Program-made: the position numbers and the translations under genes | The notes under the pieces: model-generated | What the model was told of the DNA's origin: nothing | The model's database searches: none | Seen by the model: the letters and a program-made list of their open reading frames with translations, nothing else | In this document: piece after piece, positions 35,997 through 47,900 of the stretch | Layout: each line of letters starts with the position of its first letter | Numbering within the stretch: the first letter of the stretch is position 1 | IMG/VR virus record: IMGVR_UViG_3300049893_000899 | Location: 31,356 to 95,355 of that record | DNA: 64,000 bases | Source of the DNA: a virus | Reading direction: 5' to 3' (one strand)

Positions 35997-38900
35997 TTAT
36001 ATGCAATTTAATCTTTCTAAAATGTTTTCAAGCGTTCTTTCTTTTATTTCTTTTGAAAGATTACCATTATTCTTGATTTTACTTGATTGATCAACAAACT
36101 CTGGTCTATTTTTATCTATTGCCATTGCTTCTATTTTATTAAACAAATCAATAACTTTATCAACTTTATTAGTTACAGTATCTCCTTCTTGAGAGAATGT
36201 TTCTGAACTCACATTGTTGTCTAACTTACCTTCCTTTCTAGCTTTAAAACTGTTTAACTTTTGACTAAGAATAATATTAGTCAACGTTCCAACACCTTTA
36301 AGAATTAGATTAGCAGCCTCATTAGTTAATGTTTCATCGTTCTGTGCCTTTATCTCTTTAAAGATAGCGGCTGTAGTACCATTGCTACTTAGTATCTCTT
36401 TAAGTTTATCTTCGTCAAAAGGTTTAGCGCCTTCTTGTTTCTTAGCTTCGTTTTGTTTATTGACTTGTTTCTCGTATTCTTCATTCAATCTCTTCTCGTA
36501 AGCCTCTTTGGATTGATCTATCAATGATACAGTTTTATACTCATTTGTTAAAGGATCATATTGATAATAAATATCATCGTTTAATAGTTTGGCTGTGAAC
36601 TTAGTTCCACTTTCATTACTAGTGAATAAAGTATTGTCTCCTTTGTTCACTAAAGCTATATTATAAGTTGTTACTTTATTTGTCAACACAGGAACACCTT
36701 CCTTCCCAGAATCTTTACCTAAGTCAACAGCGGGATATCCTTCGTTATGTTCAAGTTTTTGAACTACAAGAGTAACCTCGTTCTCAGTCAATTTATCCAT
36801 TTGGTCCTTTATTTTTTCTGACAACACGCTTCCTTCACCTTCCTTTCCAAGTAATTTAATGTTCATAGAGCTACCGAAATAATCAACCCCATTAACAGTA
36901 ACAACGAACTGAAATACTTTATTGCCTTTAGCAGACTCTCTTATGCCAAATATCTTAGCTACTCCATAAACAGGCCCCTCTCCTCTAGCCTCAGCTCTAT
37001 AAATGTAGTTAGCTAAATCTTGGTAAGGTTGTCTTACTTTTTCTTTATCTTGATATGGATTAAGTAAGTCATATTCTTCTTTTACTTTAAAATACTTAGC
37101 TTCGTTTTCTGCTATAAGTCTTTGAGTTTCTTCAATCTCATATTCTATTGCAGACAATTGAGAGTCATCAAAAGATTCGTCTTCAGACTGTTGAGCATTA
37201 TACTCTTCCTTTTCCTTCAACTCTTGAAGTCTTTTAAGTCTATCATGCAAACCTTCTCTTTCTGATTCTAGCTCATTAAATATGGCAGTTACCTTTTCAT
37301 TATTCTCTTCACTATAATCTACTTCTTTCTTTTTAGATAAGTTTGACTCATCTCCATCAACAGGGGCGCTAACTTTACTTCCTTTCTTCTTTCTAACTCT
37401 CGCAACTTTAACTCTGTTAATAGATATAGAATTAACATTGCCATCAACATCAGCTATAAGAGTAGCTGTTATATTGTTTCCGTAAGATTTAAGTAAAGCA
37501 TCAACATCAGATTCAGATAATCCATTAGCATCAAGAGGGATATCTACTGTTATAGATTTATCTCCTTGGTATATAAGCATCTCATATCCACCATCATCAT
37601 TCTTATAGATATCTACTTTTACGTCAGCCTTTCTTAAACTTGAGTTCTTTTGTTTTCTGCTTTTAATCTTACTGAAGAACTCGTTAATAACATTGTCTAA
37701 CTTAATCTTAAGCTTGAAACTATTAACTCCAATAAGAACAGAACCTTCCATTGTTTCAACAGAAGCAACATTCTCCGGTTGCTGTGGTTCAACAATAGTA
37801 AACCCAAGAGGGTCTTCATCTATTGTGTCTTCATACTCCTCGTCTGTTGTGGTGGATGGTTCTTCAGAAACAGGGACGTCATTTGAAACTTCAGAAGGAG
37901 TAGACGTTCCTTCATTATTTCTTAATTCATTTTGTATTCTTGTTTTATCTTTATCTTCTTGAGTCTGAAGAGATTCAAGGTTTTTATAAACCTCACTTAT
38001 CTTCTTCAAATCATCTTCAAGTAGTTTTTTCTTTTTTAATAATTTATTCTTTTCTTTTTCAGATTCAGCTTTATCAATCTCGCTTTCAATATCAGCAAGA
38101 AGTGTTAATATTTTAAATGTATCATTACGTAAAAGCTCCATATATTCTCCTCTATATCTAGCTTCTAGTTCACTGTTTTTCTTTAAGAACTTTCTTCTTT
38201 TATCAATTAAATTCTCAGTGTCTAATATTGAATCTATAAGATCCCCAAGAGCTTTTTGTTGACTATTGCTTAACTTAGATTTTATTATTGATCCATTAAA
38301 AGCGCTTATTCTTTCATGAAGAGTCTCAATGTCTTGTGGATCATAACTAGCGTCCTTACTTTTCTTTCCTTTAGAATCTTTTGTTCCTAATATAAAAGCG
38401 GCATCATCAAGTAGTTTGTTGAAAGAACCAGATACAGTTTTTAAATCTGTCATTAAAGCCTTTACAGAAGCAGATCTAAACTTTGAAGTTTGATGTCTTG
38501 ATTTTAACTTAGAAATATCTTCGTAATGTTCTTTTAATTGCTCTTTTAATTTCTTGAAGTTATCTCCATTGTATATATCATCTAACATTGGAGTGTACTT
38601 TGAATCCCCATCATGATTTATTTCAGCTATAAGTTCAGCTTTTAGTAAATCAGATTGAACAGGATCAAGTCCCATTGCGTCAACAACAGCGTCAACAGCA
38701 TTCGTTGTCTCTGCTTTTTTCTTGTTTAAAGTTTCAAAATCTTTATTAGCAAGCCACTCGCGAAGATGATCTTCAGCAATAGCCGCGTTCATTGAAACTT
38801 GATCTATATGAGAGTTTTCAGGTTTTGAGTTTTCTTTCTTACTCTCTTCTATCTTCTTCTGAATCTCAACAGCTTCTTCTTTCATCTGTTTAACGCTATC

Positions 38901-40418
38901 ATATTGACCAGTCAAAGAACTATAATCATTCTTCTTACTAATCTTTGTAGCATCGTCTCTAAGTTTTTGTCCAGCTTCAGAATCTTCAGCCATTGAAAGA
39001 TATGCGTCCAACTCTTTATTAAACCCATCAAAATTACCATCTCTTTCGTATCTATCAATCATAGATTGAAACAGCCTTGCTCTTGATATTGCTTCTTGTT
39101 TATTTTGATGATCAATATCACTTCCGGCTTGAGCTTCATTTCTTTTTTTATCGTTAGCTAATACATTTTTTAAATAGTTAACTGTAGCTATTTTTTCTCT
39201 AGCATCTTTAACTTGGTCCATGGTCATTCCTGTTGACTTTGCTTTATAAAAGTCAGAAACATTCCTAACCAAAGGAGAAGAAGACTCCATCATAATACCG
39301 CCTACAGCCCCTTGTAAAGCAGCAGTAAGAGTTCTGTCGTCAGACATTGCATCTTTGGTCTTGTCCCAAAAACCTCTAATATCTAATCCATCAAAACTAC
39401 CTTGTATAGTTTGATCTCCAATATAAACACCAGTCGCTTCTTGCCACCCTTCTTCAATGGCCTCTCCAACAGCATTATCTAAATACCCACCAACTTTTGT
39501 ATTTCTTAATTTGCCAACTGCTTTTGGAACATAGGATATACCTTTCATCAAAGAACTCTTAGTAGCTTGTTCAGCAGCCTCTTTACCGGCTCCAGCCAAA
39601 GCTTTTGCGCCAGTTTTCCCTGCAACATTAAACGCTTTAGAGAACTGAAAGAAGTCTATAGCTATTAATGGAGCTGTTGCTATGAAATGATTCTGAGCAG
39701 CCTTTAATGCCTCTTGTTTAGCAACACTTTCGTCTGCTCCAAGAGCAATCATTCTATCATAAGTTTCTTTCTTTGTTTGTGCTGAATTACCTAAACCTTC
39801 AGACATTCTACTTGCCATAGCAGCGGTAACACCACCAACGAAACCAGCAGCAGCTTCTCCAGCTCCAAGAAGACCTGCGGTAGCAAAACCAAGCCCACCA
39901 GTAAGATATCCTAATCCCATTAAAGCAACGGTATCAGACATACTCCTAGTTCCTTCCATCCACCAGCCAAAGTCAGAAGGATTAAAGCTACCTGGTTTTT
40001 CTGTATATATCTTTCCTGCCAAATCATCAGCACCCTCAACCATTGCGTCGCCAAGTTCTGTAGCCCAGTTTCCAATAGACTTTATATCATCATCATATAG
40101 CGCATCAAGTTCAAACAAGCTACCAACGCTTCTTATTGCTGAACCGGGAAGTCTCAACAATAAACCGCCAACGCCTTTTGTAAATTGTTCAACAGCGCCC
40201 TGACTGTCTGATAGACGTTGATTAAAGTCCATTCCAGACATAGGATTATAACCTGTCTCTTCTCTAAACTCGTCAAACGTTATTCCTTCTGGCATATAAA
40301 AAACTCCAGAAGTAGACGTATTCACAAAATGATCATACATCATTTTAGTTTCATCGCTTATGTTCTTGTTTTCAGCAAATTGCTTGTCGTACTTATTGTT
40401 ATATTGAGGATCTGGCAT
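35997..40418 (-). CDS. Large ejected cargo protein with N-terminal glycine-rich membrane-inserting segment
   Basis: 1473 aa; GLGYLTGGLGFATAGLLGAG; EAIEEGWQ motif; long coiled coils. Confidence 0.7.
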   Translation of the reverse strand: MPDPQYNNKYDKQFAENKNISDETKMMYDHFVNTSTSGVFYMPEGITFDEFREETGYNPMSGMDFNQRLSDSQGAVEQFTKGVGGLLLRLPGSAIRSVGSLFELDALYDDDIKSIGNWATELGDAMVEGADDLAGKIYTEKPGSFNPSDFGWWMEGTRSMSDTVALMGLGYLTGGLGFATAGLLGAGEAAAGFVGGVTAAMASRMSEGLGNSAQTKKETYDRMIALGADESVAKQEALKAAQNHFIATAPLIAIDFFQFSKAFNVAGKTGAKALAGAGKEAAEQATKSSLMKGISYVPKAVGKLRNTKVGGYLDNAVGEAIEEGWQEATGVYIGDQTIQGSFDGLDIRGFWDKTKDAMSDDRTLTAALQGAVGGIMMESSSPLVRNVSDFYKAKSTGMTMDQVKDAREKIATVNYLKNVLANDKKRNEAQAGSDIDHQNKQEAISRARLFQSMIDRYERDGNFDGFNKELDAYLSMAEDSEAGQKLRDDATKISKKNDYSSLTGQYDSVKQMKEEAVEIQKKIEESKKENSKPENSHIDQVSMNAAIAEDHLREWLANKDFETLNKKKAETTNAVDAVVDAMGLDPVQSDLLKAELIAEINHDGDSKYTPMLDDIYNGDNFKKLKEQLKEHYEDISKLKSRHQTSKFRSASVKALMTDLKTVSGSFNKLLDDAAFILGTKDSKGKKSKDASYDPQDIETLHERISAFNGSIIKSKLSNSQQKALGDLIDSILDTENLIDKRRKFLKKNSELEARYRGEYMELLRNDTFKILTLLADIESEIDKAESEKEKNKLLKKKKLLEDDLKKISEVYKNLESLQTQEDKDKTRIQNELRNNEGTSTPSEVSNDVPVSEEPSTTTDEEYEDTIDEDPLGFTIVEPQQPENVASVETMEGSVLIGVNSFKLKIKLDNVINEFFSKIKSRKQKNSSLRKADVKVDIYKNDDGGYEMLIYQGDKSITVDIPLDANGLSESDVDALLKSYGNNITATLIADVDGNVNSISINRVKVARVRKKKGSKVSAPVDGDESNLSKKKEVDYSEENNEKVTAIFNELESEREGLHDRLKRLQELKEKEEYNAQQSEDESFDDSQLSAIEYEIEETQRLIAENEAKYFKVKEEYDLLNPYQDKEKVRQPYQDLANYIYRAEARGEGPVYGVAKIFGIRESAKGNKVFQFVVTVNGVDYFGSSMNIKLLGKEGEGSVLSEKIKDQMDKLTENEVTLVVQKLEHNEGYPAVDLGKDSGKEGVPVLTNKVTTYNIALVNKGDNTLFTSNESGTKFTAKLLNDDIYYQYDPLTNEYKTVSLIDQSKEAYEKRLNEEYEKQVNKQNEAKKQEGAKPFDEDKLKEILSSNGTTAAIFKEIKAQNDETLTNEAANLILKGVGTLTNIILSQKLNSFKARKEGKLDNNVSSETFSQEGDTVTNKVDKVIDLFNKIEAMAIDKNRPEFVDQSSKIKNNGNLSKEIKERTLENILERLNCI

Positions 40419-40423
40419 GGCTA

Positions 40424-43063
40424 TTAAAATGTTTTATTTAAACTATAACTCTTACTTGCGTTTACATATTGATTAATAAAGTGAATAGCCTTATCACTCT
40501 CTCCTTTATTAGTTAAAGCTTTAAATACATTCATAACTTCATCTGGAACATCGTTGTTATCAATTAAATCTTTCGCGTCTTCAATTGTTTTTGCTGCAAC
40601 AGAAAAACCATTAGCTTTTTTGTATGCTGAAAACCCAACACTACTATCTGCGTGTGAAATAGAATTAAATATAAATGGATCGTATGTCTTATTAATTAAA
40701 GTACCATATCCATTAAACAGAGTATTCTCCGCATCTCTCATAAACTCTTGAGATATTTTACCTCCAGAATGAGCTTTCATTAAATTGAACTTAGTATAAG
40801 ATTGGAAAGCTTCATTCATTGTATGCAAAGTTCCATCTATATTAACAAAGTTATAATCATCAGGTTTATATAAAGATATATTCTTTTCTGCTTCAAACTG
40901 AGCTGAAGACATGTTTGATATTTGACTATCAGCTTTAGCTAGTTTTCCATAGAAAGTAATCTTATCAGAAGGAACTTTTACTACAATAGAAGTTTCCTCC
41001 TTTCCAAATTTAACTTTGTATTTTTGAAAGTAATTATTATTGTTAGTGCCTCTGAACGCATCGCCATCAATCTCATAAGTTCCGCCTTTTTGAGCTATAA
41101 AATCTAAAGGCTTTCCAGCCCATTCGCCTTCTAATCCAGGAGCATCTCCTTCTCCACTTATGATAGTTCCACTTTTAACAGCGGCAGAAGCAACAAGTTG
41201 ATTCATGTCGTTTTGAAGTTCTTTCTTTTGACCAGTAGTTAGTTTTAAACCAGCATTTGCAGCATAGTAATTAGCGGCAGGAGAAGCTTTCAATGTCACG
41301 GCTCCAGCGGTTGCTTTCTCAAATTCTTTACTGTTGCCAAAAACACTTGAAGCATTGTTTTTTAATATTGACATAGGAGAAATCCCTTCGTTATTTAAAA
41401 GATATGGCTTCTTGTTTGTGCCTCTTTTATAATAAGCAAAATTACCGTTTTCATCTTTTTTAACATAAAGGCCATTGTTTAAAGTAACCAATCCTCCTTC
41501 TGTTATTTTCTTAAATTGATCTTTTGTTATTTCAACTTCAGTTCTTTCATTTGTATTTCCATCTATAATTGGATTAAGTTCAATTTTATTGCCAATATTA
41601 TTGAGTATTTTATCAATTATATGATCTCTTCCAGCAATATAACTCATATACCCTTCTAGCTTCTCAATCATTTGTCTTTTAGTTTCAGGAGTATGTTTAG
41701 ATTTCTCTATCCTAGATTTTGCGTCTTCAAATGTTGATTGGTTAAGTTTATCATAAGGTATATGAACTCCTGCCGCAGCAAAAAGAGTAGCGTCATTATT
41801 GTATGCTGCTCTATTTTGTTCGTTTTTATCTGCAAAATCCCCAAGATTTTTTCCGTATGTTTCAGTAGTAACGCTTTGAGAATCGAATTCCGTTATACCT
41901 CCACCAGTAGTTAAAGAAGAAAGCCCTCCTCCTTCTCCACCACCTTCTCCATAAGACCATTTAATATATTGAGTATTGGGATCTATATTGTGTTTAATCT
42001 CAGAATAAGAACCACCAAGTGCTGATTTATACATGAATGAATTTATAGCGTTGTTAACCTGACCACTTGAAATCTTATCCATCATTTCAGGTGTAATCTC
42101 TTCTCCTTTTCGTATAACAACAGTAGCGCCTTCATCTTCTTTAAGAGTTATCTGACCATTTGAATTGCTTGGATCGTCTTTGTCAACTAACGGAACGATT
42201 TTGGTTCCAATAACTTTCATGTCTCTGTCGGCAATAAGCTTGCCATCAGGAGAATTCAATATACCTGCATAGAATCCGTTTTGGATTTTAGGTTTAGTTT
42301 CAAATTCAAATTGCTCTCTTGCTTTTGGGTTAGCTTGAAAAAATCCCTCCATTAACATTAGCAATTTATCTTGGCGCAAAACTTTCTTAGAATCAGTTAC
42401 CGTTCCTGCATCATAAACCTCCAACATTCCAAGTTCATTATTCATCCTTGCCATAGGGGTTCCAATGTTTCCATATTGTTTTTCGAACTCAACAGAATCA
42501 GCTTGTTTGAGCTTGTTTACATAATCTGTCATTAAATCAGCTACATCAATCCATTCTGGAACTTGCGCTCCATTATATGAGTGCCAAGACCCATCTTCTC
42601 CCTTTCTTGTGCCACCGTTTAATTTATGCGCTAAATATTGGTTTTGAAGATAAGCGTCTTGAGAAGACTTACTATGCTTAGATGCAGCTAAATCAGTTCT
42701 AAGTTTCTTGAATTGATCGTACGTTCCTTGGTAAGCAGCAAGTTCCCCTATTGTTCTCGACTTGTAAGCTTCTTTTAATAAATGCTCTATATCTCCTCCA
42801 ATAACAGAATAATCACCTCCAGCTCCATATATCATCATTGATGATTGATCTATGAAGTTGTTTGCAGCTTTATCTCTAGCTGCCTTATCATCATCAATAG
42901 CATCAGCACTAACAAGTGTTGACAACTGATTAACCATTGCTTTGCCAGCATCGTGCTTCTTTTGTTTAGCGTCTAGCGCTCTATACATAAGATCCCAAGG
43001 CTTGTCAACGTGTAGTGACATGCTTTGGGCTATCTTTGGAGTTTCGTATTTATTTACAGGCAT
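40424..43063 (-). CDS. Putative cargo/ejection protein
   Basis: 879 aa, no Cys seen; lies between cargo 1 and the RNAP cluster. Confidence 0.6.
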   Translation of the reverse strand: MPVNKYETPKIAQSMSLHVDKPWDLMYRALDAKQKKHDAGKAMVNQLSTLVSADAIDDDKAARDKAANNFIDQSSMMIYGAGGDYSVIGGDIEHLLKEAYKSRTIGELAAYQGTYDQFKKLRTDLAASKHSKSSQDAYLQNQYLAHKLNGGTRKGEDGSWHSYNGAQVPEWIDVADLMTDYVNKLKQADSVEFEKQYGNIGTPMARMNNELGMLEVYDAGTVTDSKKVLRQDKLLMLMEGFFQANPKAREQFEFETKPKIQNGFYAGILNSPDGKLIADRDMKVIGTKIVPLVDKDDPSNSNGQITLKEDEGATVVIRKGEEITPEMMDKISSGQVNNAINSFMYKSALGGSYSEIKHNIDPNTQYIKWSYGEGGGEGGGLSSLTTGGGITEFDSQSVTTETYGKNLGDFADKNEQNRAAYNNDATLFAAAGVHIPYDKLNQSTFEDAKSRIEKSKHTPETKRQMIEKLEGYMSYIAGRDHIIDKILNNIGNKIELNPIIDGNTNERTEVEITKDQFKKITEGGLVTLNNGLYVKKDENGNFAYYKRGTNKKPYLLNNEGISPMSILKNNASSVFGNSKEFEKATAGAVTLKASPAANYYAANAGLKLTTGQKKELQNDMNQLVASAAVKSGTIISGEGDAPGLEGEWAGKPLDFIAQKGGTYEIDGDAFRGTNNNNYFQKYKVKFGKEETSIVVKVPSDKITFYGKLAKADSQISNMSSAQFEAEKNISLYKPDDYNFVNIDGTLHTMNEAFQSYTKFNLMKAHSGGKISQEFMRDAENTLFNGYGTLINKTYDPFIFNSISHADSSVGFSAYKKANGFSVAAKTIEDAKDLIDNNDVPDEVMNVFKALTNKGESDKAIHFINQYVNASKSYSLNKTF

Positions 43064-43091
43064 ATAAAATATCTTTTAGATTTCAATATTA

Positions 43092-44987
43092 TTAATGGAT
43101 GAACAACTGAAGAGCTTCATAGTCTTCTGTTCTCCCTTTTTCTTTTAGATACTCCGCAAAAGCTTGTCTTCCATTAACTTCTTTTAAGTTGAATTTAAGA
43201 TCGCCAGCTTCTTTAGTCATGTTTTTAACTCTTATAGCGACATTTGGATCCACTGTTTTACCATCGTATTCAACTTTTCCTGTTTTTTCATTAACCTTAA
43301 AGTCAAATATATCATTCATCAATCCCATGCCCAATCTATCATTAGCATCTTTTTTATAGTCAACTATTGCTTGTTGTTTCTGTTGAGTTAATTCTTGGCT
43401 AGCAGCTCCAGTAAACTCTCTTTGAGCTTTCTGCGCCATTTGATTACCTTCATTAACCCTGACTGTATCTTGAACATTATACTGAGCTTCAGTATTAGCT
43501 AAATCAGTATTAGCTTTCTGTATTGCAGCACTTCTCTCGTACTTAGATCTATTAAGTTCAGCAAGGCTTCTAGTTGTTTGAGCAGAAACCATAGCTTTTG
43601 AAGAACCAGATTCGCCTTTTGAAGTATAGGCTGTGTCTGCATTTCTATTCATTATCTTTTGCTGCATCAATATATCTTGTCGTTGTTGTTCAACGTCAGT
43701 CTTATCTTTATATCTATCAAGTCTAAGAGGAACAGCAGCAGTCTTATCTGGCCCAGACAATCCTCTTAATGTATTGTATAAAGCATTAGTATATCTATAA
43801 GGACTATCAGAAGAACTAAATAATCCTTTGTCTTCTTTTTTATTTTCTTCTTCTTTATCTTCTTTTTTGAATTTAGAAGCGAATGTATTAAGTCTATCTT
43901 TTAAAGATCTTTTAGGATCTTCAGGTTCTTGCGGAACTATTTCTGTTAAATCAGGATTAAGTCCTTTGTCTTGAAAACTAGCAGCAACATTCTCTCTTGA
44001 CATAGGCTTTGCAAATGGCGTATTATCTATTACAGGCGCCTCAGTTGGTGCATTGCCTATTGTTGACGGAGTTGTCTCTGATTTATTAACATAATGTTCT
44101 TTCCACTTAGCTGCGGTTTGTGGGCCAACGGCTTTGTATCTTAAATCTCTTTTAACAGGAACTCCACCAATTATACCGCCTTGCGCAACCCAATCGTCAT
44201 AATTCTGCCCTTGATTAATTGCTTCTTGTCTAAAGGCTTTTTTATATTCATCATTCTTTCCAAGTTCATCAAGATACGTATTAGCATCAACATTAAGTCT
44301 TTTAGCTTCAGCGTCAATAACATTAAACCAAGCTCCATCAGTATATTTACCATTAGGCTTAACTTCTCCTTGAGGAAGTTTTTTAGCTTCTTCTTGGAGC
44401 ATTGCTTTAGCAGCCAACGATCCACTTTTAGCAGCGCTAGCCAATGCAATTATCTTATGTCTTTTTTGTGGATCGTTTTGCGAGTTAACAATGAAGTCAC
44501 CAGGCTTAACGTCAATATCATCACCACCTTCTTCATGTGGTCTAGTTCCTATTTCTACATCAAAGTTATCTCCATCTACATGCACCTCTCCTTTTTCCAT
44601 CTCAACAGTTTCGTATCTATTAGACTTCAAACCTTTTCTAGCTTGTAGAGGTTGGTCTTTGTCGTCAAGAGCTTTATCTCCATACATCTCGTAAGCCTTT
44701 CTCTGTTGGTCTAAAGTTCTATTAGAACTAATAGTCTTCTGTCTTTTAACAAGTTCAGATCCTAAAGAGTAAACACCCATAGCAGCACCACCAACAGCAG
44801 CACCAACAGGGCCACCGATAGCACCACCAATGCTAGCTCCAGTAGCAGCAGAGTTAGCAACAGTAGCTCCAATATCTAAAGCATTAGCAGGAGGTGTGTT
44901 TGATTCAAACATTACCCCAGTTGGAAACTTTCTTGTTCTGTCTACTGCCTTACTATATCTATCTCTTTGTATGTTATACTTACCCAT
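43092..44987 (-). CDS. Cargo protein 1-like (crAss ejection protein)
   Basis: Glycine-zipper TM GASIGGAIGGPVGAAVGG; EMEKGE...HEEGG motif; directly follows the muzzle gene. Confidence 0.65.
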   Translation of the reverse strand: MGKYNIQRDRYSKAVDRTRKFPTGVMFESNTPPANALDIGATVANSAATGASIGGAIGGPVGAAVGGAAMGVYSLGSELVKRQKTISSNRTLDQQRKAYEMYGDKALDDKDQPLQARKGLKSNRYETVEMEKGEVHVDGDNFDVEIGTRPHEEGGDDIDVKPGDFIVNSQNDPQKRHKIIALASAAKSGSLAAKAMLQEEAKKLPQGEVKPNGKYTDGAWFNVIDAEAKRLNVDANTYLDELGKNDEYKKAFRQEAINQGQNYDDWVAQGGIIGGVPVKRDLRYKAVGPQTAAKWKEHYVNKSETTPSTIGNAPTEAPVIDNTPFAKPMSRENVAASFQDKGLNPDLTEIVPQEPEDPKRSLKDRLNTFASKFKKEDKEEENKKEDKGLFSSSDSPYRYTNALYNTLRGLSGPDKTAAVPLRLDRYKDKTDVEQQRQDILMQQKIMNRNADTAYTSKGESGSSKAMVSAQTTRSLAELNRSKYERSAAIQKANTDLANTEAQYNVQDTVRVNEGNQMAQKAQREFTGAASQELTQQKQQAIVDYKKDANDRLGMGLMNDIFDFKVNEKTGKVEYDGKTVDPNVAIRVKNMTKEAGDLKFNLKEVNGRQAFAEYLKEKGRTEDYEALQLFIH

Positions 44988-44988
44988 G

Positions 44989-47900
44989 TTAACCGTGGTT
45001 TATTCTATATGAAATACCTATTAAATCCAAAACAAATTTATAGTTATCATTATTGTCATACGTAAAGGTAGTAAATAATGATGAACCTTTCAACCTTGTT
45101 TTGAACATCTTGTTGAAATCTATGTTTGAGTTATTAAATATGTCGTTACCGTAATCCATTACAGCATCCAAAGGTATTGACATGTGATATTTATCTTTTG
45201 TAAATGTAATCTTTCTTTGGTCGTTAGGAAGCGTCATAGGGAACTTATTTCCAACAACCAATCCAATCTCTCCAGATCTTCTGTTCTTCGTGTAGAAGTC
45301 ACAAGAATTGAAAGTATCAAGCTCAATCCTTTTGTCGTTGTTAAAGCTTTTAGACTTAACTACAACATTATCGAACACCTTCTCATAGAAAGGCTCTTCA
45401 ACAAATTCAACTGTTATTGAAGAAGGATATAGATTGCCATAGAAACTTCCGTAATCTCCTTTATTGTGGTGCCACATTGAAGTGTTATCAGGAATGAAAG
45501 AGTACATATTTAAGTCCCTATTGATATAGCAACTTCCAATGTAATCGTGTTCTGATATGAATTTACCTGAATAGAATGAATAAGAGTAAGTAAAGCTACT
45601 TTCCCCAGATACTTTAGAGATTATCACTCTGTTCAACAAAGGATCGTAGCCAGCAGAATATCCAATTCCAGAGAAAGGATTATCGTTAACTACAGAGCCA
45701 GTAAACATATCTATATTCATATTCTTCTCAAAGAATGAACTCATTGTAGAAACGCCTATATCTTCTAGTTTCTCTCCAAGAAGAATAAACATCTTATTCT
45801 GAAGTAAGTCAGGGAAGAAGAATCCAAATGGAGTTTCTATACATCCGTACTTATTTACACATCCACCATATCCTCCAGTAGAATCGACAACCATCTTAGA
45901 TGGATTCGTGAACATACCGCCAGGCCCCATTACAATATCTCCAATAGAAGTAGCTTCTCTAACAACATCTCCAACGTAATGTCTCCATAAAGCCTTTGGA
46001 GTATGTGAGAACAATGTATTCGCATGAACGAATGTGTTTGTTATTGGACCGGTATGTTTAGGCAAGTCATGGAAGTTGTTTACAGGAAACACTTTGAACG
46101 AATCTCTACGTTCTGTTTCAAAGGCTTTATCGCTATATATTATCCTTGTTTCATAATTTCCAGCAGAAGACTCAGTATTTCCTCTAGTGAAATTTGTTAT
46201 TATATTGTCTTCATAAGAATACAAAGTATTATAACCACGAGAATCCCCTTCCTGAACCTGAACACTTAATACGTCGATAGCTGAATCTAATGGGAAATAA
46301 GTAGGTTCAGCAATAGGATTGTCTTCATCAGTCCTATCAATATATTTATGTCTATACTCAGTATTTACATTTGACTCTACAATAAAGTAAGAAAAACTTC
46401 TAAAGTCTGCTCCTTTTTGGTAGGCTCCAACCTGAGAAGTTGTATTATCATAATACCCTTTTTCAACAGTAACTCCAAGTAAACCTTGAGCAGATCTACT
46501 TAAACCTCTATGATAATATATGTCACAGTTTCTTACAGAATAAGCTCCAATAAAAGTATCTCCACCAAATACATCTACAATTTCATCTCCTGAGTTAATA
46601 GGGAGTGTTCTTGATGTAATACAGTGAACATATTCTGAATTACCAATATCTCCATATTGAGCAGTGTTGTTTAGCTCTATATTATACAGGTAATTCTCAT
46701 TATATGAACTATAATTCATTTGGTCTGGATTATTATTTAATCCGCCTGTCCCAATAGATAAATCTCCTCCAAACACGATTTCAACATTAGAAGAAACCCC
46801 AGATCCACTCGGCAACGCTACAGAAGTCTTTAAGAATAAATGCCTAGAAGTATCTTGATTGTCCAACTTGAAATCAAGGCCATCAGGTTGGCTTATCGAG
46901 TTTTGTTGTATGAAGTTTGACTTTATAATATCCTCTCCATCTAAACTAACAATATCAATATCATTGTAAATACAATACATCCAAAATGCCATGTATTTAT
47001 GATAATTAGCCTCTCCCCAAGCAACAAAAAATTCAGCTAAAGTCTTAGAGTATTCTTTCTTTACATACTCTTTGTTTCCAAATATCTTAGCCACAGGTTT
47101 AATCTTGGCCCCATTAGCTTCATTAGGATTAAACTCTATTAAGTCTGTATCAGGAGAATGGAATGCCATCTTATCATTTACGCCTGTTTCATATTTAAAT
47201 GCAACAGAAGGATCTCCAGTAACACTTTCATTAGCAATTGTTATTGAAGTGTTATTAAAGAATGGCATCTTCTTATATATCGTATTAAGATGATTTCCAT
47301 CAGCATTAATATCACTACTTGTCTTAACGTATTGATGAACTATACCTTGAGCCAATATAGACTTATTCTCTATAACATTTCTTCTTTCTCTTCTAATTGT
47401 AATAGACTGTATCTCTTTAGCAATATGTTCAGGAATTTCTTCATTGAACTTAAACTTCAACTTAATCAATCTAATCAACACACCACTACCATCATTTCTA
47501 TAATGTGGTTCTTGCTCCAATGTAGGCATCTTATGATGTCTAACAAAGCTAGTTATTAATCCAAATGATTCGTCATACTCAGGACCAACGCCAGGATAAT
47601 TCTGGTTTGGCGGATATTCCTTTGTAGAAACATAAGTCCCTAACTTACCCGTTATAGTATCTGCATCAGTAGTTAAGTTTGTTGACTTATCATTGCCTGG
47701 TATATGGAAGCATAAAGTCTTATTACCATTATTGAAGTTCACATCAAAAGAGAAACTATAAACCTCTCCTCTTCTATAAGTCTTTTTATAATGAGTCATC
47801 TGTTCATTCTTGTAGTCTAAGAATGAATCTTCTGTTAATATGTTACTTTCAGTAGTTATTATAGAACCATATACAGAGATATAACCACCACTATCATAAG

